From the NCBI GenBank assembly GCA_028716665.1, contig JAQUPP010000002.1, forward strand, positions 267,717-331,716: DNA of 64,000 bases, read 5' to 3'. Numbering within the stretch: the first letter of the stretch is position 1; each line of letters opens with the position of its first letter. Origin of the DNA: Patescibacteria group bacterium (GTDB lineage Bacteria; Patescibacteriota; Patescibacteriia; UBA2591; JAQUPP01). Of this stretch, positions 1-9,211 are shown one piece after another. A program made the translations under genes and the position numbers. The notes under the pieces were generated by a model. It did no database searches, was not told where the DNA came from, and worked only from the letters and a program-made list of their open reading frames with translations.

Positions 1-13
1 TAAGCTAACTAAG

Positions 14-1558
14 TTAATAAGTCAAACTCTTTACCATATAAGTTTTTTCCAGTTTATAACCAAGTTTTCTGTAATATTCACGCACACCAACGCCGGCGAT
101 AACGGCGATTTTTTTATAACCTAATTTTTCGCTTATTTCTTCCGCCTCGCGCATTAATTTTTTCCCAAATCCCAAATGTTGGACGGCGACTGATTTTTTA
201 CTGATCGGAATAAGTTCGCCGTAAGTATGAACTTCGCGAATAATGGGATATGGTTTGGAAATTCTTAAACGTAAAAAAGCGGCTAATTTATTCGTTTTGA
301 AATTTTCACAAGAAAGAAAAATTTCTTTTCCGCCGGAAGCAGAATATTCTCTGATCTTCATTTTTAAATTTTTAGCTTCAAATTTTGAATCCTTGATTTC
401 TCTGCAACGGATACATTGGCATTCTTTGCCTAATTTTTTTAAATTTTTATCCAATACTTCGCGCAGATTTGAAATTTTACTTCCGCCCCTGATTTGCCAA
501 GACGGGATATCTCTGATAACCCGATTAATTCTTACGTAATGCGGCACCAGTAATTTCATTTTAACTATAAGATCGATCAATTGGCGATTGGAATAAGGTT
601 TATATTTTTTTTGTTTCCAGATTTTGTATAATTTGGAATTTCTGGTAACCACGCACGGATAGATTTTTAGCATATCAGGCCTGAAATTCGGATCATCAAA
701 TATTCTTTTAAACATTGCCAAATCTTTTTTTACTGAAGAACCGTATAGTCCGGGCATAATGTGATAACAAATTTTAAATCCGGCGTCTTTTAGAAGCTTA
801 GTGGCTTCAATTATTCTTTGAACATTATGTCCGCGTTGATTTTTTTTCAAGATTTTATCATCAATCGCCTGAACGCCGATTTCTACTCTGGTACAGCCTA
901 ATTCTCTCATTTGAATAATTTCTTTGGGATTGATAAAATCAGGTCTTGTTTCAAGCGTTAGGCCAATGATTCTATGATGCGCCCTTTCATTTACTTTTTG
1001 AGCAATGGCCAGATTCTTGCTTGTTCGGCCATTGGCGCCGTCAAAACAACGTTTAATAAACCAATATTGATATTTTTTAGGCAAATAGCTCCAAGTGCCG
1101 CCGATAACGATTAATTCAATTTTATCAGTCGGATGTCCGTTTTGTTCCAGGACTTCAATTCTTTTTTTAACTTGCTGATAAGGATTATATTTTAAGGTTA
1201 AAGCCCGTTCAACCGCGGGTTCGCCGGCCAAATAACTTTTTGGGATATTTTTTTCCGTTGGGCAATAAATGCATTTTCCCGGGCAAGGCCAAGGCTTGGT
1301 TAAAACGGCCACTACAGCCACGCCGGAAAGGCTGCGCACCGGTCTTTTTTTTAGTTGTTTTTCCAGATAAAAACTTTTTTTAATTTTTTTGAGCAATCTT
1401 AATTTTTTGTAAGTATTTAAAATATCAATATTGCCGACAGGCGAGATTGATATTTCATTGCTTAATTTTTGTTTTAATTTCAAAAAATCCTCGCCTGAAG
1501 CGATTGGTTTTTGAGCAAGCTGTTTGACTAATAAATTGATTTTAGATTTATTATTCAT
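14..1558 (-). CDS. Elp3-family radical SAM + GNAT enzyme (tRNA wobble-uridine modification)
   Basis: CPGKCIYC radical-SAM cysteine triad, Elp3-like VEIGVQAIDD...RGH motif, C-terminal GNAT-like segment (IAVIAGVGVREYYRKLGY). Confidence 0.7.
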   Translation of the reverse strand: MNNKSKINLLVKQLAQKPIASGEDFLKLKQKLSNEISISPVGNIDILNTYKKLRLLKKIKKSFYLEKQLKKRPVRSLSGVAVVAVLTKPWPCPGKCIYCPTEKNIPKSYLAGEPAVERALTLKYNPYQQVKKRIEVLEQNGHPTDKIELIVIGGTWSYLPKKYQYWFIKRCFDGANGRTSKNLAIAQKVNERAHHRIIGLTLETRPDFINPKEIIQMRELGCTRVEIGVQAIDDKILKKNQRGHNVQRIIEATKLLKDAGFKICYHIMPGLYGSSVKKDLAMFKRIFDDPNFRPDMLKIYPCVVTRNSKLYKIWKQKKYKPYSNRQLIDLIVKMKLLVPHYVRINRVIRDIPSWQIRGGSKISNLREVLDKNLKKLGKECQCIRCREIKDSKFEAKNLKMKIREYSASGGKEIFLSCENFKTNKLAAFLRLRISKPYPIIREVHTYGELIPISKKSVAVQHLGFGKKLMREAEEISEKLGYKKIAVIAGVGVREYYRKLGYKLEKTYMVKSLTY

Positions 1559-1578
1559 AAGATTTTAAATACGAATCC

Positions 1579-1707
1579 TTACAAATCTAATAGATTACAA
1601 ATTTTTACGAATAATTATTAAATTTGTAATTATTTGTAAAAATAAATTTGTAGTGATTAGCATTTAATTATTATATTTATTATAGATTTTTTTATGAAAT
1701 TTGTAAA
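1579..1707. promoter_or_regulatory. Divergent control region with repeated TTACAAAT / AATTTGTAA half-sites (candidate operator sites)
   Basis: TTACAAAT at 1579 and 1596; AATTTGTAA-like at 1621, 1632, 1645, 1698; perfect inverted pair TTACAAATTT-N15-AAATTTGTAA at 1596-1630. Confidence 0.35.
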
Positions 1708-1716
1708 TCCCGCATC

Positions 1717-1747
1717 TTGACAAAAGTTAAAAATTTGCTATTATAAT
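1717..1747 (+). promoter_or_regulatory. sigma70-like promoter (TTGACA ... TATAAT) for ORF 1764
   Basis: TTGACA at 1717-1722, AAATTTGCT spacer element, TATAAT at 1742-1747, then GGGGG SD and ATG 1764. Confidence 0.5.
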
Positions 1748-1763
1748 ATAAAAGGGGGTAAAA

Positions 1764-2198
1764 ATGATCGTATTATTAATTGCTATTTGTACCAGCGTTG
1801 GTCCGAGTGATTCAACATTCAATAATTTTTTGAATGTCTTGCAGGACCATCCAAGATGTTTAAAGCAGGAAGAAGGTTGGTATTATCAAGACTTTTGGAT
1901 TGAGGGGATGATACCAGACATAAAGTCAGTCGTAGTTACTGTCGGAACAGACCCTATCAGAAAGGGAGAAGAGATAGAGGTGACGGGTCCGTTAATTATG
2001 TATTGTAATGAAGTATTGGGAGACGGAGAAATAAGAATGGAATGCTTTCAAGATAGTAATATGGATGGGAAAGTAGATAAGTATGGTTTCTGCGAAGATG
2101 ATCTTTGGCCGGTGCCGAAGAATAATACAAGCATCCAAAAGCGGTTTGATAAAGAAATTAAATGGATAACCGAATGGATTAAAATATACGAAAGATAA
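1764..2198 (+). CDS. hypothetical protein with hydrophobic N-terminus (possibly secreted)
   Basis: ORF with consensus promoter, SD and downstream hairpin terminator; no recognisable motif. Confidence 0.4.
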   Translation: MIVLLIAICTSVGPSDSTFNNFLNVLQDHPRCLKQEEGWYYQDFWIEGMIPDIKSVVVTVGTDPIRKGEEIEVTGPLIMYCNEVLGDGEIRMECFQDSNMDGKVDKYGFCEDDLWPVPKNNTSIQKRFDKEIKWITEWIKIYER

Positions 2199-2212
2199 AC
2201 AAACAAAAACAA

Positions 2213-2245
2213 GGGATGGTCTAAAAAGACCATCCCCCAATTTTA
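2213..2245 (+). terminator. intrinsic terminator
   Basis: GGGATGGTC-loop-GACCATCCC hairpin followed by T-rich tract. Confidence 0.5.
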
Positions 2246-2250
2246 TCTAC

Positions 2251-2281
2251 TTGACAAAAGCTAAAAAATGTGTTATTGTAT
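2251..2281 (+). promoter_or_regulatory. sigma70-like promoter driving the tRNA-like RNA and small ORF
   Basis: TTGACAAAAGCT at 2251, -10-like TATTGT/TATAAAT about 18 nt downstream; same architecture as promoter at 1717. Confidence 0.45.
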
Positions 2282-2316
2282 AAATATAATAATTTAACAA
2301 TTTTGTTCGTTAAATT

Positions 2317-2398
2317 GGCAGTGACCGGTAAGTACAGGAGTACAACTCGGAAGGGTGACTGGTGAACCGAGTGGGTTCGATTCCCACCACTGCCACCA
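2317..2398 (+). ncRNA. tRNA-like RNA: 7-bp acceptor stem, canonical T-arm (GTGGG-TTCGATT-CCCAC), discriminator A and encoded CCA, but no canonical anticodon arm
   Basis: GGCAGTG...CACTGCC-A-CCA pairing and GGTTCGATTCC T-loop read directly; exhaustive 5-bp/7-nt-loop search of the 45 internal nt finds no anticodon stem; a 6-bp helix ACTCGG/CCGAGT is present instead. Confidence 0.4.
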
Positions 2399-2425
2399 AA
2401 AAAATAATAAAAAAAGGAGGAGATA

Positions 2426-2623
2426 ATGAAAAGGATAGTGGGAATTTTTTTGGCAATAGTAGGGTTTGTACTTTTGGGTTATTGTAGCTGGATGGCAAAC
2501 GAGATGTATACTTTTAGTTTTAAAGTGGGCGTTCTTGCTGGGATAGGGGCAGTAGTCGGGTTGGGAATGATGGCGACGGGTATGTTTACTGCAATTATGA
2601 ATATGTGGCCTTGGCAAAAGTGA
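2426..2623 (+). CDS. small hydrophobic membrane protein (65 aa)
   Basis: AAGGAGG SD 6 nt before ATG; two predicted TM segments; terminator follows. Confidence 0.5.
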   Translation: MKRIVGIFLAIVGFVLLGYCSWMANEMYTFSFKVGVLAGIGAVVGLGMMATGMFTAIMNMWPWQK

Positions 2624-2636
2624 GATTTATAAATAA

Positions 2637-2669
2637 AAAGGGTAATTCTACGGAATTTACCCTTTTTTA
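2637..2669 (+). terminator. intrinsic terminator
   Basis: AAAGGGTAATTC-loop-GAATTTACCCTTTTTT. Confidence 0.5.
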
Positions 2670-2923
2670 ATTGGTTAAAAGTGATAAAATAGAAGGGCTT
2701 TGTCTATAAATTTCAATCCGCCAACTTGGGCGGAGCAGAAATTTTAGCAACAAAACCTTTACCAAGCACTCAGCACTATTTTAACTACTTAAAGAGTAAA
2801 TTTATAAGTGGGTTGAATTATATATAAATTAATAAGTAAAATAATACTGAGTGCTCGGTACGCAAAATTATAGTTAAAAATTTTGCGTTATAAATAACTT
2901 AAATTTTTAAATAATTTTGGTAC

Positions 2924-3634
2924 ATGAAGTTAGAAAAAGCCAAACAAATTTTAGAAAATTCCAAAGATGCCTATAATGAGTCGGCTCAAGAATTTTCCGC
3001 TTCCAGGGCTCGTTATTGGCAGGAAATGGAGTCTTTTTTGGAATACGTTAAAGACGGGGACAAGGTTTTGGATTTGGGCTGCGGAAACGGCAGGTTATTG
3101 GGATTATTGAAAGATAAAAATATTCAATATACCGGACTTGATAAATGCGAACCATTGATTAATGTTGCCAAGCAAAGATTTAATCAGCACCGATTTATTG
3201 TCGGCGATATTATAGATTTACCGTTTCAAAGCGAGCAGTTTGATGTTATTTTCGCCATTGCGTCTTTGCATCATATTCCTTCAGAAGAGCTTCGTTTGAA
3301 AGTTTTAAAAGATTGTTATCAATTGCTTAAAAAAGATGGATATTTAATTTGTACGGTTTGGAATTTGTGGCAGCCGAAATTGATTTTTAAATATAAACTT
3401 TGGCCAGCGATTTTTAATTGGCGATTTAAAAAATTGGACAGGGGAGATTTTTTCATTCCTTGGAAAATACCGCCGCGAAAAATTTGGCGATATTATCACG
3501 CTTTTACTTTTAAAGAGTTGAGAAAATTGATAATATCGGCGGGCGGAAAAATAATTGACGAATATTACACGAAAAAAGGCAAAAAATCCAATTGGACAAA
3601 AGGCCATAATCTTGTTATAATTGCTAAGAAGTAA
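2924..3634 (+). CDS. class I SAM-dependent methyltransferase
   Basis: VLDLGCGNGRLL motif I. Confidence 0.6.
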   Translation: MKLEKAKQILENSKDAYNESAQEFSASRARYWQEMESFLEYVKDGDKVLDLGCGNGRLLGLLKDKNIQYTGLDKCEPLINVAKQRFNQHRFIVGDIIDLPFQSEQFDVIFAIASLHHIPSEELRLKVLKDCYQLLKKDGYLICTVWNLWQPKLIFKYKLWPAIFNWRFKKLDRGDFFIPWKIPPRKIWRYYHAFTFKELRKLIISAGGKIIDEYYTKKGKKSNWTKGHNLVIIAKK

Positions 3635-3643
3635 TTAAAATAT

Positions 3644-4528
3644 ATGGTTGAAGGCAATAGACAATTTGAACAAACAAGAAATCCCAAACACAAATCGGTT
3701 GGTTTGATATTAAGGCAAATATACGAAGACATCAGGACTTTAAAAGTGAAAACAAGTGAGCAGGATTTTGATAAAAAATATGATGAATTACGCGAAAAAT
3801 GCATTAATGAAAATCCCGGAGCCGAGTCTATGATTGCGGCATTTTTAGGCATTAAAGACATGGCGGAAGGTGAAAAAAAATTAGTTGAATTGCCCAGAGA
3901 TGCCCGATGGACGCCGGAACAAAAAAAGAATTTTCAAAAATCTATGCGCGAATTGACCGAATGGCAATTTACCATAACTCATTGCGTTCTTCATGCAGGA
4001 GAAAATAAGGAACTTCTTGGTTCATTTTGGTCAGAGTGTGACAGATTAAATCGTTTATTTTCCGATAATTCATTTTTTATTTATAAAAAAGGGGTTATCG
4101 GCCAAGTCGGAGTTTATAAAATGATGGAACATTTTGGATTAAATCCGGAAATGCCTCCTCCATGGGAAGACGCTTTTGAAAAAACCGATTTAAAGGTTCA
4201 TTTCCCAGGCGATAATCCAAATCCGGTTCAGACTAAATATATTCGCGGCACGGAAAAACCCATTTTTATTTCAACTGATGAAATTTCTCACCCGAATATC
4301 GTCCATTATGGAAAAGAAAAAAATATTCATATTTCCAATAAAGATATTGAAGAAATGATCCATTTAAAAGAAAAATGCGACGCTAGAGCTCAGCGCGAAC
4401 ATAAAGAAGTGGTTGGTTTTTATTTGGCTTGTCCTGATCACAGTTTTGATGATTTAACCGGCAAACCAACTGAAGAATTTTTAGCTCAAATTGAACCTGA
4501 AATTAAAAAGCATTTTCCGGAAAAATAA
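3644..4528 (+). CDS. hypothetical protein
   Basis: 294-aa ORF, no recognised motif. Confidence 0.4.
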   Translation: MVEGNRQFEQTRNPKHKSVGLILRQIYEDIRTLKVKTSEQDFDKKYDELREKCINENPGAESMIAAFLGIKDMAEGEKKLVELPRDARWTPEQKKNFQKSMRELTEWQFTITHCVLHAGENKELLGSFWSECDRLNRLFSDNSFFIYKKGVIGQVGVYKMMEHFGLNPEMPPPWEDAFEKTDLKVHFPGDNPNPVQTKYIRGTEKPIFISTDEISHPNIVHYGKEKNIHISNKDIEEMIHLKEKCDARAQREHKEVVGFYLACPDHSFDDLTGKPTEEFLAQIEPEIKKHFPEK

Positions 4529-4530
4529 AA

Positions 4531-4560
4531 AGCCCCAGTTAAAACCAGGGCTTTATTTTT
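4531..4560. terminator. weak bidirectional hairpin between convergent genes
   Basis: AGCCC...GGGCT stem followed by TTTATTTTTT. Confidence 0.3.
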
Positions 4561-4745
4561 TCCCCTATTGTATCCTCGGCAGAACCAAACCAATAAGCTA
4601 CAAGTAAACAAATAATCATTAAAGCGATAACGCCGAATATTGCGGTGGGATTAAATATTAAAACCAATACGAGACTAATAAGAGCAACAACCGTGAAAAT
4701 AGCAGATACACAGTTATTAAAAAATCTTAAAAAGTGTTTTTTCAT
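4539..4745 (-). CDS. small membrane protein (68 aa)
   Basis: AAGGAGG SD upstream on minus strand; two hydrophobic helices. Confidence 0.45.
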   Translation of the reverse strand: MKKHFLRFFNNCVSAIFTVVALISLVLVLIFNPTAIFGVIALMIICLLVAYWFGSAEDTIGEKIKPWF

Positions 4746-4783
4746 TTTTCCTCCTTTATTTCAAAATAACATATTTTATAAAA

Positions 4784-6181
4784 ATGTCAAGCATAAATCA
4801 AAAAATTTTTCTCGCTTATGATATTCGGGGAATATACCCGAAGGATTTTAATGAAGACGCGGCCTATAAAATAGGTCGTGCTTTTGTTGATTTTCTTTGT
4901 TCCAAATTCCAAATTCCAAATTCCAAATTCAAAGTAGTTGTCGGCCGCGATTGCCGTTTGGCCGCGCCTAAAATTTTCAAGTCATTTTCTAAGGGCGTAA
5001 TTGATCAGGGGGCAAATGTTATTGATATTGGCAAAGTTCCGGTTGATGCTTTGTATTTTGCGCTCCATTATTTTAAAACTGACGCCTCGGCGATGATTAC
5101 CGCCAGTCATAATCCGCCGGAATATATTGGCATTAAAATGATGGCCAAAGATTCCAAATGTCTTTGCGCTGATTGGGGAATTCCGCAAATTAAAGAATTG
5201 GCGCTCAAGAATCAATTTATAAAAGCTAAACATCACGGCAAAGTTATTAAAAAAGATATTGTGCCGCACTATTTGAAATATATTTTGAATTTAGAAGATA
5301 TCAGTTCAATTAAACCGTTAAAAGTGGTGGTTGACGCCAGTAACGGCATGGCCGGTAAAATAGTTAAATCATTGGCGAAAAAGTTGCCCATTAAATTAAC
5401 TTGTCTTTATTGCAATCAAGATGGCTCTTTTTTAAATCATCCGTCGAACCCGCTTCTTCCCGAAAGCACGCGTGATTTACAAAAAGAAGTGATAAAACAG
5501 AAAGCGGATTTCGGATTAATTTATGACGGTGACGGAGACAGAACGATTTTTATTGACGAAAAAGGACAAGCGGTGAGCGGCGATATGCTTATTATTTTGT
5601 TTGCTTCTTATTTTCTTAAGAAAGAGCAGGGAGCGACCATTGGTTATAATTTGATTTGTTCAAAAAGCGTGCCGGAAATAATTCGAGAAATGGGCGGAAA
5701 ACCGTTGCGCACCAAAACAGGCCAATCGTTAGTCAAAGAAATAGCTAAAAAACATCAGGCGATTTTTACCGGTGAAATTTCAGGACACATTTGTTTCCGC
5801 GATACTTTTTATGTTGAATGCGGAGGATTAATTTTGCTTTTAATGTTAAAAATTTTATCAGCGACCAAAACACCGCTTTCGCAAATAATCAATAATTTTA
5901 AACGTTATTACCGCCTCGGAGAAATTAATTTTGAAGTAAAAAATAGCCAGGCAATTATTAAAAAAATAGCTGAAATATATAAAGACGGCAAACAAGATTG
6001 GTTGGACGGTTTGACCGTGGATTATTGGAGTTCTCCCGCCGTAAAGGGCGGGACAAGCTGGTGGTTTAATATTCGTCCTTCAAATACAGAGCCATTATTG
6101 CGACTGGTGATTGAAGCTGAAAATAAAGAAAAAGCAGAAGAGGAATTTAAAAAAATTAGTAGAATTATCAAAACAGCATAA
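4784..6181 (+). CDS. phosphomannomutase/phosphoglucomutase family protein
   Basis: TASHNPPEY active-site serine loop, GDGDRT metal-binding loop. Confidence 0.8.
   Translation: MSSINQKIFLAYDIRGIYPKDFNEDAAYKIGRAFVDFLCSKFQIPNSKFKVVVGRDCRLAAPKIFKSFSKGVIDQGANVIDIGKVPVDALYFALHYFKTDASAMITASHNPPEYIGIKMMAKDSKCLCADWGIPQIKELALKNQFIKAKHHGKVIKKDIVPHYLKYILNLEDISSIKPLKVVVDASNGMAGKIVKSLAKKLPIKLTCLYCNQDGSFLNHPSNPLLPESTRDLQKEVIKQKADFGLIYDGDGDRTIFIDEKGQAVSGDMLIILFASYFLKKEQGATIGYNLICSKSVPEIIREMGGKPLRTKTGQSLVKEIAKKHQAIFTGEISGHICFRDTFYVECGGLILLLMLKILSATKTPLSQIINNFKRYYRLGEINFEVKNSQAIIKKIAEIYKDGKQDWLDGLTVDYWSSPAVKGGTSWWFNIRPSNTEPLLRLVIEAENKEKAEEEFKKISRIIKTA
4901..4935 (+). repeat. heptanucleotide tandem repeat (TCCAAAT)x4 plus degenerate fifth copy inside the PMM/PGM coding sequence
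   Basis: perfect copies at 4901-4928 encoding SKFQIPNSKFK. Confidence 0.8.
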
Positions 6182-6255
6182 AAATAGAAAGGATACAAAA
6201 AGTAACGGCCGTTACAATTCGTATCATCAAAAAAATTAAATACTTACTTAATTAA

Positions 6256-6299
6256 ATAGGGGTTGCTTATTAGCAACCCCTTTATTTTTTATTTTTTTT
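6256..6299. terminator. bidirectional intrinsic terminator
   Basis: AGGGGTTGCT-TAT-TAGCAACCCCT hairpin with T-runs on both sides. Confidence 0.6.
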
Positions 6300-6537
6300 G
6301 CCAGTCCTCATCTATTTCTACGTCCTTAAATATCACCGTGTGGCATACTGCTATATAAGCAGTGCTTTTTTCAACATGAGAGCCGTCAACGTTTACATTT
6401 TTATCTTTGAAGATAATTATGATCGGTTTACCATTGGCGTCTGCTGTAATTTCCAATATTTTTACATTATCGTACTCTTCGTTAATTCCTGCCCCCACGA
6501 TACGAAAACTCTGTATTTTTTCTTTCATTTTTATCAC
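6289..6537 (-). CDS. hypothetical small protein
   Basis: GGGGGTG SD before internal MKEK start; no motif. Confidence 0.4.
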   Translation of the reverse strand: MIKMKEKIQSFRIVGAGINEEYDNVKILEITADANGKPIIIIFKDKNVNVDGSHVEKSTAYIAVCHTVIFKDVEIDEDWQKK

Positions 6538-6611
6538 CCCCTTTTTTTTACTGAAATTATTATAACATTTTTTATAAATCCGTCAACTCTGTTTTTTGTT
6601 TTGTTTATAGT

Positions 6612-8198
6612 TCAAACCTCTTTTAATTCTTGCATTGCTTCCTCAATGCGGGTCAACTCATCTTCGGCTGCTTTTGCTGCAATTTCTTCTGCTCTGGGGA
6701 TGGGGTAACCTTTATTATCAAGTTTGGCCTTACCAGCTTCATAGGTTTTGTGCGGCGTAAAAGCAAGATATATTTCTAAATATCTTTTATATCTTTCTTC
6801 ATATTCTTTTGTTCCATGTTTTAGCCCTGGAGTAAACGCTATTGCTTGAGTAAATTCTTTTTCAATCAGTTCTTTTTCTTTATTATCAAGGCCACTATGC
6901 TCATAAGTTTCATATGGCACCCAGGCGCGGAATTTTTTTAGATATTCTTCTGTCCCAGGTTTTAGCCCCTTAGCAATCATTAATCCATTAAATTCTCTTT
7001 CAAACCAGTTTTCTCCTTTTTCGTCCCGCATATAATAACGCAGGGTATTTTTTATTTTTTCTGATAAATATTCTACACGCTCAGCAGTTTTAATGATTTT
7101 TTCGGTAGGTAGGTTGGGCTGTTCTCCTTCTGGTAGTTCAACATTTTTGCGGTGCCTAAATTTTTTTCCCATCTTTCCTAAAACCCATGAAAAATTATCC
7201 CACCACAAATAGTCATTAGCCCATCGACGATTTTTGCGATATGAGTTTAAACAAATTAAAGACTTTTCAGAAGGGTCTCCGTCGTGAGATTGGTTTGTCT
7301 CTTGGGTTTCTTTTATAATCTCAGTTACTTTCTGTTCAATCTGGGACGCAGGTAAGAAGCACAGTTTAGGAAATTTTTTTATCTCTCGACAATATTCATC
7401 TTCAAATCTAGAAAAAGAACCAGGCTTGCTTGCTTTTGATGCATCAATTAATATTGTAGAGTGATTTTCCCAACATTTTTGTGTCTGAGAGGGTACTGAA
7501 TCGAAAGAGGTATATTTAAGATCCGCATTGGGTGAGGCCTTGGTAGATTTAATCCGAAAATTATTTATACTTAAGACAAGACTATCGATTTTATTATTTT
7601 CTATCCAGGTTTGTGCTGTATTCAGAATAGCCAATTTTTTATTTGATTGCCATTCTTTAGTTTTTTGTACATCTTGAGCAAATTTTTGACGAAGACCATC
7701 AATAAATTTTTGTTTCTGCTCATCGGGAATATTTTCTTTGTCGGATAATTTCTCAAATTGAAAATTAAGTTGGGTATTAAGGGAAGAGGGACCATAACTA
7801 TAAATCGTGCCGGCCCTAGCGTTAAAAATAGCCAATACTGGAGTTCTAGTTTGCCGTGAAAATTCCTGACAAAAATTATTGGTTAAGACTGATTCGTTAC
7901 TAACTGGTTTTATTTGATCTTCTACTTCTATAGTATACCCTAACGTATCAGGGTTATAAAAGAAGTGTTCTATTTCTATATTGTATTTTTTCGCTAATTC
8001 AATTCTTTTTTTAATTTCTTCTTCAGTAGCAAAATTTTTTTGTTTGGCAAATTCTAACGCCTCTTCCCAGGCAGTGGGTAGGACGTCTTGAAGTATTTTT
8101 TCCGGCGTTTTTTGGGGCTCTTTTTCTGGTATAAATTGTGGTTTTTCTAATGTTTCGAGCATAGTTTTATAACAATCCCATTTTTCCCTTGATTTCAA
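6612..8198 (-). CDS. hypothetical protein with C-terminal tandem ~40-aa repeats
   Basis: repeated GLKPGTEEYLKKF / GLKHGTKEYEERY units; start may be the second Met (8162), which removes the 32-nt overlap with trpS. Confidence 0.45.
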   Translation of the reverse strand: MKSREKWDCYKTMLETLEKPQFIPEKEPQKTPEKILQDVLPTAWEEALEFAKQKNFATEEEIKKRIELAKKYNIEIEHFFYNPDTLGYTIEVEDQIKPVSNESVLTNNFCQEFSRQTRTPVLAIFNARAGTIYSYGPSSLNTQLNFQFEKLSDKENIPDEQKQKFIDGLRQKFAQDVQKTKEWQSNKKLAILNTAQTWIENNKIDSLVLSINNFRIKSTKASPNADLKYTSFDSVPSQTQKCWENHSTILIDASKASKPGSFSRFEDEYCREIKKFPKLCFLPASQIEQKVTEIIKETQETNQSHDGDPSEKSLICLNSYRKNRRWANDYLWWDNFSWVLGKMGKKFRHRKNVELPEGEQPNLPTEKIIKTAERVEYLSEKIKNTLRYYMRDEKGENWFEREFNGLMIAKGLKPGTEEYLKKFRAWVPYETYEHSGLDNKEKELIEKEFTQAIAFTPGLKHGTKEYEERYKRYLEIYLAFTPHKTYEAGKAKLDNKGYPIPRAEEIAAKAAEDELTRIEEAMQELKEV

Positions 8199-9162
8199 TC
8201 ATGTTTTTTTGCGCAATCTTTCTGGCTCGCTCAGTTCCGTCAGCCAGAATTTTTTTTATTTTCTCCGGATTTTTTGCCAGTTCTTTTATTTTTTTCTGGA
8301 TTGGCGCCAATTCTTTGGCTAAATTATCAGCTAATAATTTTTTACATTCCAAACAGCCGATTTGCGCTTTTTGACAGCCTTTGGCAATATAATCCAATTC
8401 TTTTGAAGAAGAAACCAATTGATGGAGATGATAAAGGTTGCATTTGTCAGGCGTGCCAGGATCGGTTTTTCTCTGACGAGCCGGATCAGTCATGGCAGTG
8501 GAAAGTTTTTTAAAAATAATTTCCGGCGAATCGGATAAAGAAATATAAGTTTCCGGACCGTGAGATTTTGACATTTTTTTGGTCGGATCAGTCAAACTCA
8601 TAATTCGCGATCCTTGAGTTAAAATTGATTTTGGCTCGGGAAACGTTTGACCGAATGTTTTATTGAATCTTCTGGCAATTTCTCTGGTTAATTCCAAATG
8701 TTGGACCTGATCTTCGCCAACCGGGACAATTCCCGCCTTATAAAGCAAAATATCAGCAGCCATTAAAACTGGATAATCAAAAAGCCCCATATTGACGCTT
8801 TCCGAATGTTCTTGGCTTTTTTCTTTAAATTGAGTCATGCGGCGAAGTTCGCCAATCGGAGTAATCGTATTTAAAATCCAAGCCAATTCGGTTACTTCCG
8901 GAATTTGCGATTGAACAAAAAGAATTGATTTTTTTGGGTCAATACCGCAGGCGATGTAATCCATGGCCAAATCTAAAATTTTATCTTGCATTGTTTTCGG
9001 GTCATAAGGCACAGTGATGGCATGATAATCAACAATACAAAAAATGCTTGGATATTTTTCTCGAAGTTTTACCCAATTTTTAATTGCTCCAAAATAATTT
9101 CCGATATGGAGCATTCCGGTCGGTTGTACTCCGCTGAATAAAGTCATGATTATATTATACAT
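8167..9162 (-). CDS. trpS: tryptophan--tRNA ligase
   Basis: GVQPTGMLHIGNYFG (HIGH-class motif) and KMSKS motif. Confidence 0.9.
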   Translation of the reverse strand: MYNIIMTLFSGVQPTGMLHIGNYFGAIKNWVKLREKYPSIFCIVDYHAITVPYDPKTMQDKILDLAMDYIACGIDPKKSILFVQSQIPEVTELAWILNTITPIGELRRMTQFKEKSQEHSESVNMGLFDYPVLMAADILLYKAGIVPVGEDQVQHLELTREIARRFNKTFGQTFPEPKSILTQGSRIMSLTDPTKKMSKSHGPETYISLSDSPEIIFKKLSTAMTDPARQRKTDPGTPDKCNLYHLHQLVSSSKELDYIAKGCQKAQIGCLECKKLLADNLAKELAPIQKKIKELAKNPEKIKKILADGTERARKIAQKNMIEIKGKMGLL

Positions 9163-9211
9163 AATGATAATAGGCTTGTCAATTTGTGTGAGTAATTTAC
9201 AATAGAAGGGT

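Noticed and set aside
2294-2617. Minus-strand ORFs (107 aa and 62 aa) overlapping the tRNA-like RNA and the 2426 ORF
   Set aside because: They run antisense across an RNA gene and a well-supported plus-strand CDS with a strong SD, and they have no SD of their own
2760-2862. CIRCE-like heat-shock operator (GCACTC ... GAGTGC half-sites)
   Set aside because: The half-sites are ~75 bp apart instead of 9 bp, and the downstream gene is a methyltransferase, not a chaperone
8189-8513. Plus-strand ORFs of 61 and 79 aa
   Set aside because: They run antisense inside the well-supported trpS gene
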